DNA of 64,000 nucleotides from Azolla caroliniana (Eukaryota > Plantae > Polypodiophyta), in assembly GCA_043228905.1 (NCBI GenBank), contig JBHGNT010000002.1, forward strand, positions 17,918,001-17,982,000, read 5' to 3'. Position 1 is the stretch's first letter. Each line of letters opens with the position of its first letter. The position numbers and the translations under genes are program-made. The notes under the pieces are model-generated. The model had not been told where the DNA came from. It made no database searches and saw nothing but the letters and a program-made list of their open reading frames with translations. Of the stretch, positions 39,570 to 50,460 are shown in pieces.

Positions 39570-41078
39570 TTGAAAGAGAATTATTATATTGAAGAGTAAA
39601 ATGGATTACAAAGAGTAGGCTACAAAATGGCGTTGAACCAATTTAGGTTTGGGATGAGTGGTAGATCCCTATTTATAAGTAATAGAGAACACTCTAGAAT
39701 ATTCTAGGTTATCCTAGAATGTAGAGTAATTTAGAAGATCTCTAGAGTATTCTAGAAGGTTCTAGTGGTATAGAACACTCTAGAATATTCTAGGTCATTC
39801 TAGAATGTAGAGTAATATAGAATATTCCTATGATATTAGATTTCATATTCTAAAAACTATACATATAAGAATATTAATACAATGGTTAAGGATTTGACAT
39901 GTGTACAACAAGGTCGTGGGTTCAAATCCTTTCGAGTCATAATGTGAGTGTCATGATCCTTTCGATGCATGATGTGAGTGTTATCATGACAGCAACAATC
40001 GACTGAAGAGACGAGATGAGCCGAGAAGAGTTGTTGGCAGCGAGGATTCGACAGCTCGAGCGGAGACTGGATGACGTAGATCGGGCGAAGGTGAAGTTGC
40101 ACGCGGCAAGGATGAAGAACAAAGACCGATTCGACCGGACGCACCGGCTATGACCAAAGAAGATCGAGGAAGGCGACTAGGTATTGGTTTACGACAGCAG
40201 GCTCAACAATCAATACAACGCAACACGTAAATTCGCCAGAAGGTGGTCCGGCCCTACGTCGTAACGAGCACAAACAACAACTGCACCTACCATCTCGCAG
40301 AGCTTGATGAAACGCGGATAACAGTACCGGTGGCGGGAAAGAGGATCAAAGCATTCAAGAAGCGGCACCCGGATGAACTAGACCAGGGGAGCGCAGATGA
40401 TAGTGGCAACCGGACCGGAACGGACGACGAATCAGAGAGCGACGGTTGAGAATGGGCCGGTGTCGTACTGTATTTTGTACACTACATGAAAAACTTATAA
40501 AATAACATTTTAGTAAATATGAAGAAATAGAAGAAAATGTCAAAATAAATACATGCATAGGGCAAGATTCGAACCTTGCACCTCCATGTTAATAATGTTT
40601 TACCATTGCACTAACATTTCATTAGTGTTAAAAAGTAGATGTTCCACATAGAAAGGTTAGTTCGTCTAGGATAAACTTTAGTTAAAAGAAAACGCATGCT
40701 AAAAGAAAAGGCTACGCATGCACATCTAGCGTGCATGAACACTATAGTTGATAAAAAAACGCACAAGTTAGAAAAAGCATGATCACTTTAGATAAAGCAT
40801 ATAGTCTATCTATAGGAAAAGCATGGAGTCTATAGTTAGAGAAGAAAAAGCATAGATTGCTAAGACTCCCTCATCACTACATAAGGATGGGGAGCACAAT
40901 GTAAGGTGTGTGAAATATTTGGGAAATTGGATATATTTCCTAAAACACCAATTAATAAACTATACTCGTGGGATTCGCGAGATTTCTATATCTTTCTCTA
41001 TCAATCTAAATACATATTCTTACATAAATATTAATCAATAAAATACATTATACTTGTGGGATTCACAAGTTTCTAGTA

Positions 41079-41375
41079 GGGTGAAAGCATGGGAATGGGA
41101 ACAATTAGCTATCTCCTTGACATAGCTAATTAGCTATCTAAAAAGCTACATGTAATCTGTATATTTTGGCAAATTTAGGGATGATTAGAATTTGATCTCA
41201 GAAAAAGACTAGCTAAACGGTGGACCATAAATGGTAATATTTCCATCTCCATAATAAATGATACATATCTTTAAGATCTTCCTACTAAAAATTAGCTATA
41301 AAAAAAACTATTTAGCTGCGGTCATTTTAGCAGCTAAATAGCTATAATAGTGTTTCCATTCGCATGCTTTCACCC
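41079..41375. mobile_element. MITE / non-autonomous TIR element, 297 bp
   Basis: gggtgaaagcatgggaatgggaaca versus rc gggtgaaagcatgcgaatggaaaca; AGTA on both sides (41075-41078, 41376-41379). Confidence 0.88.
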
Positions 41376-41759
41376 AGTAATCTACTCATAATTAGAATCA
41401 TCTCAAATTCTTCTTCCTCCTAGTCCAAAACCCCAGTAGTTCCCACCCGACTCACGCAAACGATCCGGAGCCGAAAGGCACGACACCGGTTTTTCCCCAA
41501 GATCTGTCTCTTTCGGCGCATTCCAGTGCATGCACGGTTTGGTGGGGGTGGATGTGATGAAGAAAACTAGCCATAGGCGGAAACGGGGATTCGAGCGTGT
41601 GAACCATGACATGCGCGCGAAATTTTAAACAACTTTGTACATAGTCTAAGAATAGGTTGGCGTGATGTAAAAAAATTAAATATAAACATATTAATAGGTT
41701 AGGAAATCAAAGCATATCTCTGTCTGAAGGGACAGAGAATAATGATGATGTAACTAGGA

Positions 41760-42251
41760 TGTGACGGCTCTTCCTCACCGGCCTATAAAAGGGCGAGAGA
41801 AAGGACCACATGATATTGTGTCTTTGGGGAGGAGAGGAGAGTGTTGTCAGACTGGGAACCGAGCATTAGTTCCATCTCTCTCCAGGGTTTCTCTAGGCTA
41901 GTCGCCTCTATTCGCGTGCTCCTGGCAGAGGCTCCACGTTGTATTTTGGTCTGTGTGTGTGAGAGTTGTTTGGGGTAGTTGCCGGCGAGCCGGTTGTAAT
42001 CTTCTTGATCAGTTGTAACCTTCTTTAATCTATTGTAATCTTTCGTAATCGTTGAAGGGTCCCTTTTTCCCATCTATCCTTTCGCGTGTCGCCGTGTCCT
42101 TGTCTGATAGGGTCAAGCCCTGTGCTAGCCAGTACCCTACGCTTGCCGCCTCATTGTTCCTTTCTCTTTTCCTCTACCTTTGCACACTCCTCGGTTCAGG
42201 GCCCCCGCGGTCCCGCTTTAGTTTCCTACGCGCACACGTGATAACACGACA
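41760..42251 (+). mobile_element. LTR fragment related to the 23590 family
   Basis: TATA ctataaaagg; end ccccgcggtcccgc..cgcacacgtgataacacgaca resembles 24263-24310. Left limit uncertain. Confidence 0.6.
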
Positions 42252-43516
42252 ACGGCTAACCAAAATGCGTTTAGATTGTGGATGATACAAACAATAGCCT
42301 TTACTTTCAGAACTATATCCTACAAAAATACATTTCACTGATTTATCATCCAATTTTTTGCGTTGTTGTTTAAGCACTAATGCATATGCCAAACAACCAA
42401 AAATACGCAGATGAGCAATAGATGGCTTTTGGCCATGCCAAGCTTCATATGGAGTGATAGAGTGCAGTGCTTTAGTGGGACACATGTTAAGTACATATGC
42501 TGCACACATGACAGCTCAAGCCAGAAACTATGTGGTAAGGCTTGACTTTTGACCATACACCTTGCCATTTCCATGAGTGACATGTTCTTTCTTTCATCAA
42601 CTCCATTTTGTTGAGGTGTATATAGCACTGTACACTGATGTTTTATCCCACGTTCAACCAGAAATGCATTAAACTCAGAAGACATGTACTCCCCCCTTCG
42701 ATCAGAATGGAGGGTGCCCATTTTACATGATGACAATTTCTCAGCCAAAGCTAGAAATTGTTTGAAGCACAGAAACACTTCGGATTTTGCCTTCACTGGA
42801 TATACCCATGCATGCCTAGAAAAGTCATCAATGAAAGTCACAAAATAAAGATAATTCCCAAGAGAATGTGTCTACATAGGACCACAGACATTGCTATGAA
42901 CAAGCTGCAATTTCTGCGTAGCTTGAACTAAACCATCTTTTGGAAAGGATGAATGGTGCATTTTGCCCCAAATGCAGCCTTCACAAACATGCTTCCGAGG
43001 TGCCTCAAGTTTGGGCAAGGAGGACACCATTTCAGATTTCTACAAGCAAAGCAAACTTGCAAATTTCAGATGACCAAAGCGTGCATGCCAAATCTTTGCA
43101 TCTGAAATAGCCCGAGAAACTTGTATTGCACAAGCTGAATCATTTATAGATCTTTCATAATCGATGAGCTTATACAACCCACCACACAAAATTCCAAAAG
43201 CAATAATAACATCCCCATTGGACAGATCATGAACTGTAAACTTGCCATCAACCAATTTAACAACCAAGACAACCTTTGCTAATGCTGAAATTGACAACAG
43301 ATTTTTCTTAATCCCTGGCACAAACAAAGCATCTGACAAGATGAAAGGACTACCATTAGCAGTAGTCAAAATGATCTTACCAACACCCATAACTGGATAA
43401 GATGAGTTGTTGGCACATGTGACAGTATTCCCTGTAGGGGCAGGCTCCAATGAAGTGAAGAAATTGTGTTGCGAGGTAATATGTTTGGTTGCCCCACTAT
43501 CGAAGTACCAAACATC

Positions 43517-46500
43517 TGTTGAGTAATCGACGCTCCGATTAACCTTCACCACTCGGCCACAACCGAGTAAGCACGAATCAATGCAGCAGAAAATAGGAAC
43601 CACAGAGAAAGAACACGAATACACAGGGATTAACGTGGAAAACCCTAGACGGGAAAAACCACGGGAGTACAAGACTCCAAACGAACTATGCACAAAGAAA
43701 TATACAATGGCGAGCTGCAAGGCGACGACCTTGAGCTCGCTGTCCTCGCCACAAGCGGCGGAAATACACAGAGGCGTCGACCTCTTCCTCTCTCACGCTC
43801 TATCTCTCTCTCTCTCACGGCTGCTCTCTCTTCACTCCTCTTTTGTGGAAAAACAGAAAAAATGAGTAGCAACAGTAAAACTGTTTGCCCTAAGTCATAT
43901 TTATACACATATGACTTTAGGGCTATTTACAACTATAGCCTCAAGGGCCCTTGGCAAACATATTCACAGATATGTCCCCGCATCCGGATCTCTCTCCGGG
44001 TACATTCGTCGTCCGGCTCCGAAGTCGGGGTCTTCATCATCCGGTTCCGAAACCGCAACCGGGCTTGTCGGCATTCATCTCCGACATCCGACCATCCCAT
44101 CCGAAGGGACCGTAATCCCAACAAACTCCCCCTTCACTTCGGCATGGGATGTCTCTCCAATCCGATCCTCTTCCGGCATGCTTCCAGCTTGTCGGGTGTG
44201 AGCACCTTGGTCAGCATATCCGACCCGTTCTCGTCCGTGTGGACCTTCGTCAGCACGAACTCCTTGTCTTCTATCCTTTCCCGGATCCAATGATATCTTC
44301 GCTGGATGTGCTTCGTCCGGGAGTGATAGGCCGCGTTCTTCGCAAGGTGGATTGCACTCTGACTGTCGCAGTAGAGTCGGTACTCCTCCTGCCGGATACC
44401 GAGCTCTCTAATGAAGTCCTTCATCCATATTATTTCCTTGCCGGCTTCAACAGCCGCCATGTACTCCGCCTCCGTGGTTGACAACGCAACCGTCTTCTGC
44501 AGCCTCGACTGCCATGAAACAGCTCCCCCTGCATACGTCATCACATACCCTGATGTGGACCGGCTGGTATCTGCATCAGCCGACATATCCGAATCGGTAA
44601 AGCAGTCGAGTTCGGGCTTACCGGAGCCGAATCGGAGGCACACATTTGCCGTGCCCTTCAGGTATCGGAGTATCCACTTGGCTGCGTTCCAATGCTCTTT
44701 GCCGGGATTGCTCATGTACCGGCTCACCACTCCGACTGCGTATCCAATGTCCGGTCTTGTACACACCATTGCGTACATCAAGCTTCCGATGGCAGAGGCA
44801 TATGGCACTTTCATCATGTCCTCCTTCTCAGCCTTTGTCTTGGGGCTTTGCTTGCTGGACAGCTTGCAGTTTGCCTGAAGGGTCGATCCGACCGGTCTTG
44901 CTTCCGACATGTTGAACCGTTTAAGCACCTTTGTCACGTACTTCTCCTGTGACAGCCACAACTGCTTCTTGCTCCGGTCCCGGATGATGTGCATCCCTAG
45001 TATTTGTCTCGCCGGACCCAAGTCCTTCATTGAGAAGGTTCGGTGAAGAGCCTTCTTCAGCATCCGTATCTTGACCTGGTCCCGTCCGACGATCAACATG
45101 TCGTCCACGTACAGGAGGAGTATTAGAAAGTCTCCTCCTTCGAACTTCTTCACAAACACGCAGTGGTCGGACTGCGTTTTGAGGTACCCTTCGTCGGTCA
45201 TGAAAGAGTCGAACTTCCGGTACCATTGCCGGGGAGCCTGCTTCAGTCCGTAAAGGCTCTTCTTCAACCGGCATACCAGGTGCTCCTTCCCTTTCTTCTC
45301 GAATCCTTCCGGTTGCTGCATGTAGATCTCTTCTTCGAGGTCGCCGTGAAGGAATGCCGTCTTCACGTCCATCTGTTCTACCTCGAGGTCCATGCTTGCC
45401 GCTATGCTCAGCACCGTCCGGATGGAGGTCATCTTCACTACCGGGGCAAATATCTCGTCGAAGTCGACCCCCTTCTTCTGCTGAAACCCCTTCACCACGA
45501 TCCTGGCTTTGTATCTCGGGGGGTTTCCGGCATCTCCCGGTTTCAGCTTGAACACCCACTTGTTACGGAGTGCCCGTTTTCCTTTCGGCAACTCCACAAG
45601 TTCATATGTGTGGTTCTCATGCAGGGAATCCATCTCCTCTTGCATGGCACTTAACCACCTGCGGCTCTGGGTGTCATGCTTTGCTTCTTCAAAGCTCTCC
45701 GGCTCCCCCTCGTCGGTTAGCAGCACGTGCTCTGGTTCCGGAAATCTCCGGGGGGGCCTTCTCTCTCTTAGAGGATATCTCCGTTCCAGGGCTTCGGTAA
45801 CCGGTTCTTCCGATTCTTCTTCATCCGAATCCATTTCGGGATCGGGGCCGGTTCCGGTATCATTTTCATCTTCTTCGGCCGGTTCTGTTTCTTCACCGTC
45901 TTCGGCCGGATCCTCGAGTGCTACCCGGTCCCTTGCCGGTCGGGACTGCTCTTCGTAGAGTTGATCCTCACCGGTCGACTTGGAGCTCTTCATCTTCTTC
46001 TCCGACTCCCAGTCGGCGAGTGTCTTGTCCTCCATGAAGATGATATCACGACTCCGGAATATCTTCTTGTCGACCGGGTCCCATACTCGGTAGCCGAACT
46101 CGTCGTTGCCGTAACCGAGGAATATGCATGGCCGGGTCTTTGGATCTAACTTTCCTCTCCGGTCCTTTGCCACATGCACGTATGCGAGACACCCGAACAC
46201 CTTCAGATGCCGGTAGGATACTTCCCTACCGGTCCACACTCTCTGCGGCGTGTCTCCGTCCAAAGGTACTGAGGGTGATCTGTTTATCACGTATGTCGCC
46301 GTTGACATCGCCTCAGCCCAAAACCCCTTGGGTAATTCCGCATGCGCCAGCATACTCCGGACCCTCTCCATTATGGTCCGGTTCATCCTCTCGGCCAGCC
46401 CGTTCAGTTCCGGCGTCTTCGGCACAGTAAACTCGAGCCGGATTCCCTTCGAGCGACAGTACTCCGCGAACTGCCCCCGGTATTCCCCTCCGTTATCCGC

Positions 46501-48844
46501 TCGTATCGCTTTCAGCTTCTTGCCGGATTCCCTTTCCACTCTCGCATGGAGTTCTTTGAAGACGCACAACACTTGGTCCTTTGTCTTCAACGGTGCCGTC
46601 CACAGCTTCCGACTGTGATCATCAATGAATGTTACGAAGTACTGGGCTCCGCCATGTGACTTCGTTTCTACCTGACACACATCAGTGTGCACCAACTCCA
46701 ATGGTGCGCTACGTCTCGTCGGTGGCCTTGAATGGAAGGAGGTTCGGTTCTGCTTACCGGCCAGGCAATCGGTGCACTTCTCCAGGTGCACATGCTTCAC
46801 TGGAATAAGGTTGTCTTCTGCAAGCCTCTTCATCCCCTTCTCACTCATGTGGCACAGTCTCTTGTGCCACAGCTCACCGGCAGTGTCGGCTGCCACGTTC
46901 AACTCTTCCGGACACAGCCAGGCATTCATAAGGTACAGTGTGTTGACTTTCCGGGCCCGAGCCACTATCAGGCTCCCCTTGCTGAACTTCATTACGCCGT
47001 TCCGGATGCTACCTGTGTAGCCTTCATCGTCTAGCCTCCCGGCCGAAATCAGGTTCAATCGAACCTCCGGAACGTGTCGGACATCCTTCAGCAGCATTTT
47101 GCATCCGGTCGGGGTTGTCAACCACACATCTCCTATGCCGGCAATCCGGCACGTACCTTCATTTCCCATCCGAACACAGCCATGCTCACCGGCTGTGTAG
47201 GATGAGAAGTATCTTCTTTCCGGGGTCAGGTGGAACGACGCTCCGGAATCGACCACCCAGGTAGTCTCATCGCCGGCAATGTTTAGTTCACCTTCTTCGG
47301 TGATGAGCATGATCTCCTCTTCACTTGCCGCGAGTGCCGTCGTTCCTTTCCTGTCCTGCCCTCGCCGATCCGAACCATTCCGGTCCGCGGCTCCCCGGTA
47401 AGCACCGTTCCGTTCCGAAGACTTCTTCGAATCGGTGTCGTCGGCTCCGTTGTCTTTTCGGTAATGCCGACAATTCTTTCGGAAGTGCCCCGGCTTCCCA
47501 CAGTGGAAGCATGTGGGTCTTCCTCTTGACTGCGACCGGGTCCCCGACTTCTCCCGTCTTTGCGGACTCCGGTTCCATTGTCTTCCCCGTTCCGATTCGG
47601 TAAGCAGCGCCTTCGAGTCGGAGGCCGGTTCTTTATCTCTCCGACGCGCTTCTTCGTTCAAAATACTTGTCTTTACCGTTTGTAGGGACAAGTTATCTTC
47701 GGTGCAGGAGGTGCTGAGGGTCACCACCAAGTTCTCCCAGCTTTCCGGCAATGTACACATCAGAATGATGGCTTGCATTGCATCCTCCAGCGGGAACTTG
47801 ATCGCCGCAAGCTGGTTCACGAATCCCATGAACGTGCTTACGTGTTCCACCATACTCTCGCCGTCCCGGTACTTGAGGTTCACTATCTTCCTCATCAGGG
47901 AGGTCCGGTTCAACGCATTCTTCCTCTCATAGAGGCCCGACAGCTTCCGCCACATCTCATATGCGTTGGTGTCGTTCGCCACATGTTGTAGAACGCTCAC
48001 GTCTACGTATTGCCGAATGGTTGCAACGGCTTTCCGGTTCAGAAGCCTCCATTCCGACTCAAGTACCCCCTTCGGTATTTCCGACCTGTCAATCGGTTCG
48101 TACAGGTCCCGAACAATCAGAAGATCCTCCATCTTGATCTTCCAGTCGGCGTAATTCTGCGCATTCAGCACCATCATCCCCGGCTGCCCGCTGCCGCCGC
48201 CTTCCATTTTCTGCAGCAACTCGCTCTGATACCAGTTTGTTGAGTAATCGACGCTCCGATTAACCTTCACCACTCGGCCACAACCGAGTAAGCACGAATC
48301 AATGCAGCAGAAAATAGGAACCACAGAGAAAGAACACGAATACACAGGGATTAACGTGGAAAACCCTAGACGGGAAAAACCACGGGAGTACAAGACTCCA
48401 AACGAACTATGCACAGAGAAATATACAATGGCGAGCTGCAAGGCGACGACCTTGAGCTCGCAGTCCTCGCCACAGGCGGCGGAAATACACAGAGGCGTCG
48501 ACCTCTTCCTCTCTCACGCTCTATCTCTCTCTCTCTCACGGCTGCTCTCTCTTCACTCCTCTTTTGTGGAAAAACAGAAAAAATGAGTAGCAACAGTAAA
48601 ACTGTTTGCCCTAAGTCATATTTATACACATATGACTTTAGGGCTATTTACAACTATAGCCTCAAGGGCCCTTGGCAAACATATTCACAGATATGTCCCC
48701 GCATCCGAATCTCTCTCCGGGTACATTCGTCGTCCGGCTCCGAAGTCGGGGTCTTCATCATCCGGTTCCGAAACCGCAACCGGGCTTGTCGGCATTCATC
48801 TCCGACATCCGACCATCCCATCCGAAGGGACCGTAATCCCAACA
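43517..48844 (-). mobile_element. Intact young Ty1/copia G (Tnt1/Tork-like); 607-bp LTRs 43517-44123 and 48238-48844
   Basis: ACATC TSD, iMet PBS 48223-48234, PPT from 44124, four LTR differences seen by eye, uninterrupted ORF. Confidence 0.97.
44134..48207 (-). CDS. Gag-Pol polyprotein of copia G (1357 aa from MEGGGSG)
   Basis: CFHCGKPGHFRKNC, WVVDSGAS, HTDVC..FIDD, YVDDML, DSDMSAD. First ATG after the PBS is at 48207. Confidence 0.95.
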   Translation of the reverse strand: MEGGGSGQPGMMVLNAQNYADWKIKMEDLLIVRDLYEPIDRSEIPKGVLESEWRLLNRKAVATIRQYVDVSVLQHVANDTNAYEMWRKLSGLYERKNALNRTSLMRKIVNLKYRDGESMVEHVSTFMGFVNQLAAIKFPLEDAMQAIILMCTLPESWENLVVTLSTSCTEDNLSLQTVKTSILNEEARRRDKEPASDSKALLTESERGRQWNRSPQRREKSGTRSQSRGRPTCFHCGKPGHFRKNCRHYRKDNGADDTDSKKSSERNGAYRGAADRNGSDRRGQDRKGTTALAASEEEIMLITEEGELNIAGDETTWVVDSGASFHLTPERRYFSSYTAGEHGCVRMGNEGTCRIAGIGDVWLTTPTGCKMLLKDVRHVPEVRLNLISAGRLDDEGYTGSIRNGVMKFSKGSLIVARARKVNTLYLMNAWLCPEELNVAADTAGELWHKRLCHMSEKGMKRLAEDNLIPVKHVHLEKCTDCLAGKQNRTSFHSRPPTRRSAPLELVHTDVCQVETKSHGGAQYFVTFIDDHSRKLWTAPLKTKDQVLCVFKELHARVERESGKKLKAIRADNGGEYRGQFAEYCRSKGIRLEFTVPKTPELNGLAERMNRTIMERVRSMLAHAELPKGFWAEAMSTATYVINRSPSVPLDGDTPQRVWTGREVSYRHLKVFGCLAYVHVAKDRRGKLDPKTRPCIFLGYGNDEFGYRVWDPVDKKIFRSRDIIFMEDKTLADWESEKKMKSSKSTGEDQLYEEQSRPARDRVALEDPAEDGEETEPAEEDENDTGTGPDPEMDSDEEESEEPVTEALERRYPLRERRPPRRFPEPEHVLLTDEGEPESFEEAKHDTQSRRWLSAMQEEMDSLHENHTYELVELPKGKRALRNKWVFKLKPGDAGNPPRYKARIVVKGFQQKKGVDFDEIFAPVVKMTSIRTVLSIAASMDLEVEQMDVKTAFLHGDLEEEIYMQQPEGFEKKGKEHLVCRLKKSLYGLKQAPRQWYRKFDSFMTDEGYLKTQSDHCVFVKKFEGGDFLILLLYVDDMLIVGRDQVKIRMLKKALHRTFSMKDLGPARQILGMHIIRDRSKKQLWLSQEKYVTKVLKRFNMSEARPVGSTLQANCKLSSKQSPKTKAEKEDMMKVPYASAIGSLMYAMVCTRPDIGYAVGVVSRYMSNPGKEHWNAAKWILRYLKGTANVCLRFGSGKPELDCFTDSDMSADADTSRSTSGYVMTYAGGAVSWQSRLQKTVALSTTEAEYMAAVEAGKEIIWMKDFIRELGIRQEEYRLYCDSQSAIHLAKNAAYHSRTKHIQRRYHWIRERIEDKEFVLTKVHTDENGSDMLTKVLTPDKLEACRKRIGLERHPMPK

Positions 48845-50328
48845 ACATCTAATTGTACAACAGACATACATTGTTCAAGTGAAGATGGGTCAAAACTACA
48901 AACAATAGTAAATGCCCATTCTTCATTCTGCACAAGATTTGCAGACTCTGTTTTTGGTGCAGAAACTTCTGCAACAACGAGTCCTACCTCTTTTGCAGCC
49001 AATTTTGGATAGTTTTTTATAATATGATCAATTCCTTTATAATATTTGCAAAATAGTTTTTGTTTCTGCTCTTGTTTTTTTTCATTCACTTGTGAATTAT
49101 TAGCAAATCTTTGCTTGCTACCAGAAGAGTTCCATTTACCTTTGCCCTTCTGACTAGCTAGGAAAGCTTAATTTGCAACACGCATAATAGACTTGTTTTG
49201 CCCAGACTGATCTTCCTGTAACAAAACAGAGACTAGCTCCTCGAATGATAAGGCATTGGGACTGCCTTTCATCATTAAACGAAGAGTAGAAGCAAAACTC
49301 TGATATGAATCAGGAAGACCATTTAGAACGGTCTACACAAGTGAACTATCTGATATCATTTCATCAACAGAAATTAATTGTTCCTTTAAATCTTTGATTT
49401 TTGTAAGAAAATTGTCCATAGAATCACCTTCATTCATGTGCTTGCTCTCCAATTTTTTTCGGAGATAAGCAACACGAGCCTCATTTCTTGCTTGGTACAA
49501 AGTGGTAAGAGTATCCCAAGCATCCATTGTTGCCTTACAAGAGCGAATATGGGGAATAATGGCACGTTTCACAGACAAAGCTATCAAAGCATGTCCCTGA
49601 GCATCTCTGCCATCCCAACGAAGTTGCTCTGCAGTTGGTACAATAGAAATTGTAGCATGGGCATGAGCAGGATGATCCACATCCTCAACAGAATAAGTAC
49701 CATCAACATTTGTGTTCTCAACAGTAGGACATTTTTCAGCCCCTTGAACCACATTCCACAATCCCTTTGCTACTAATACATGGTGCATCATAGAAGCCCA
49801 AAGAGGGTAATTTGTTCCATCCAGTTTATCCTCAACAACAGGCATTCAAAATACATCGTTGTTCTCAGCCATGGCCGTGGACTGAACACGTTTTGATATA
49901 AAAAAATGGACTGTTGAATGAATAAAAGGGAATAACGTACCTCTTTGACTTGAAAGATGAACAAGCGAAGAGAAAAGGGAAGCAAATCTGATTTTTGAGG
50001 GTTGTAGGAATATCTTGGAAGACTCAAGGAGGCTTTTTCTAGGATTCAATCGACTTGGAAACTGAAAAAAAAACACAACTGAAACTGCGCAGAGAAAGAA
50101 AACACACAAAAATTTGTTTTTTCAACAGCAGAAAAACGCCACCACAGATGGTACAGACAGACTATGTATGAGAGTCGTTGTGTTGTTGCTCAAATGTCGC
50201 TTTGTAGCTCTCATACCACTGTTGGATTCTTATTTTGAATCCCAAAAACCTACACCACTTTAGGGTTGTAAGAGTATTTTTAGATAGGGGGAAAAAACCT
50301 CCTAAAGAGGGAAAAAATGCCCCTGTAG

Positions 50329-50460
50329 TCCTAAGTGTGTTCACACACATCATTGTCCTAAGTGTGTTTACACATTACTGTCCTAAATGTGTTCACACAT
50401 ATCACTATCCTAAGTGTGTTCACACATCACTATCCTAAGTGTGTTCACACACATCACTAC
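50329..50460 (+). repeat. 25-27-bp tandem repeat, about 5 copies, in the copia F LTR
   Basis: cctaagtgtgttcacacacatcact variants. Confidence 0.9.

Larger units (their letters stand above)
24429..39991 (-). mobile_element. Ty3/gypsy D chromovirus (Tcn1-like); 5' LTR 39509-39991, 3' LTR 24429-35011 split by element E
   Basis: Perfect GCAAC TSD (24424-24428, 39992-39996). Gag PKISLPAKFDG, PR ALLDFGA, RT YLDDILIYS, INT, chromodomain YYLVDWLGYTPNDRTWEP. PPT at about 35012-35025. Internal deletion near 35840. Confidence 0.92.
23360..40450 (+). mobile_element. Decayed Ty3/gypsy C integrase remnant (23360-23589, 24315-24428, 39997-40450), host of the nest
   Basis: RYGCVGKIVADGGE..YNLEANRKMER..WPRLLPY|VLWADRTTHSSVTG..; C-terminal RPYVV..TYHLAELD. 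Confidence 0.8.

Noticed and set aside
44149-48243. Many overlapping antisense and alternate-frame ORFs (also in 25400-34500 and 58900-62700)
   Set aside because: Shadow frames of GC-rich retroelement coding sequence with no independent motifs.
48208-48441. N-terminal extension of the 1435-aa ORF
   Set aside because: It lies in the LTR and PBS; the same text appears at 43517-43720. The plausible start is the ATG at 48207.
50329-50460. Short repeats as a CRISPR array (also 56430-56645 and 11253-11334)
   Set aside because: Head-to-tail units with no unique spacers, no cas genes, eukaryotic TE context.
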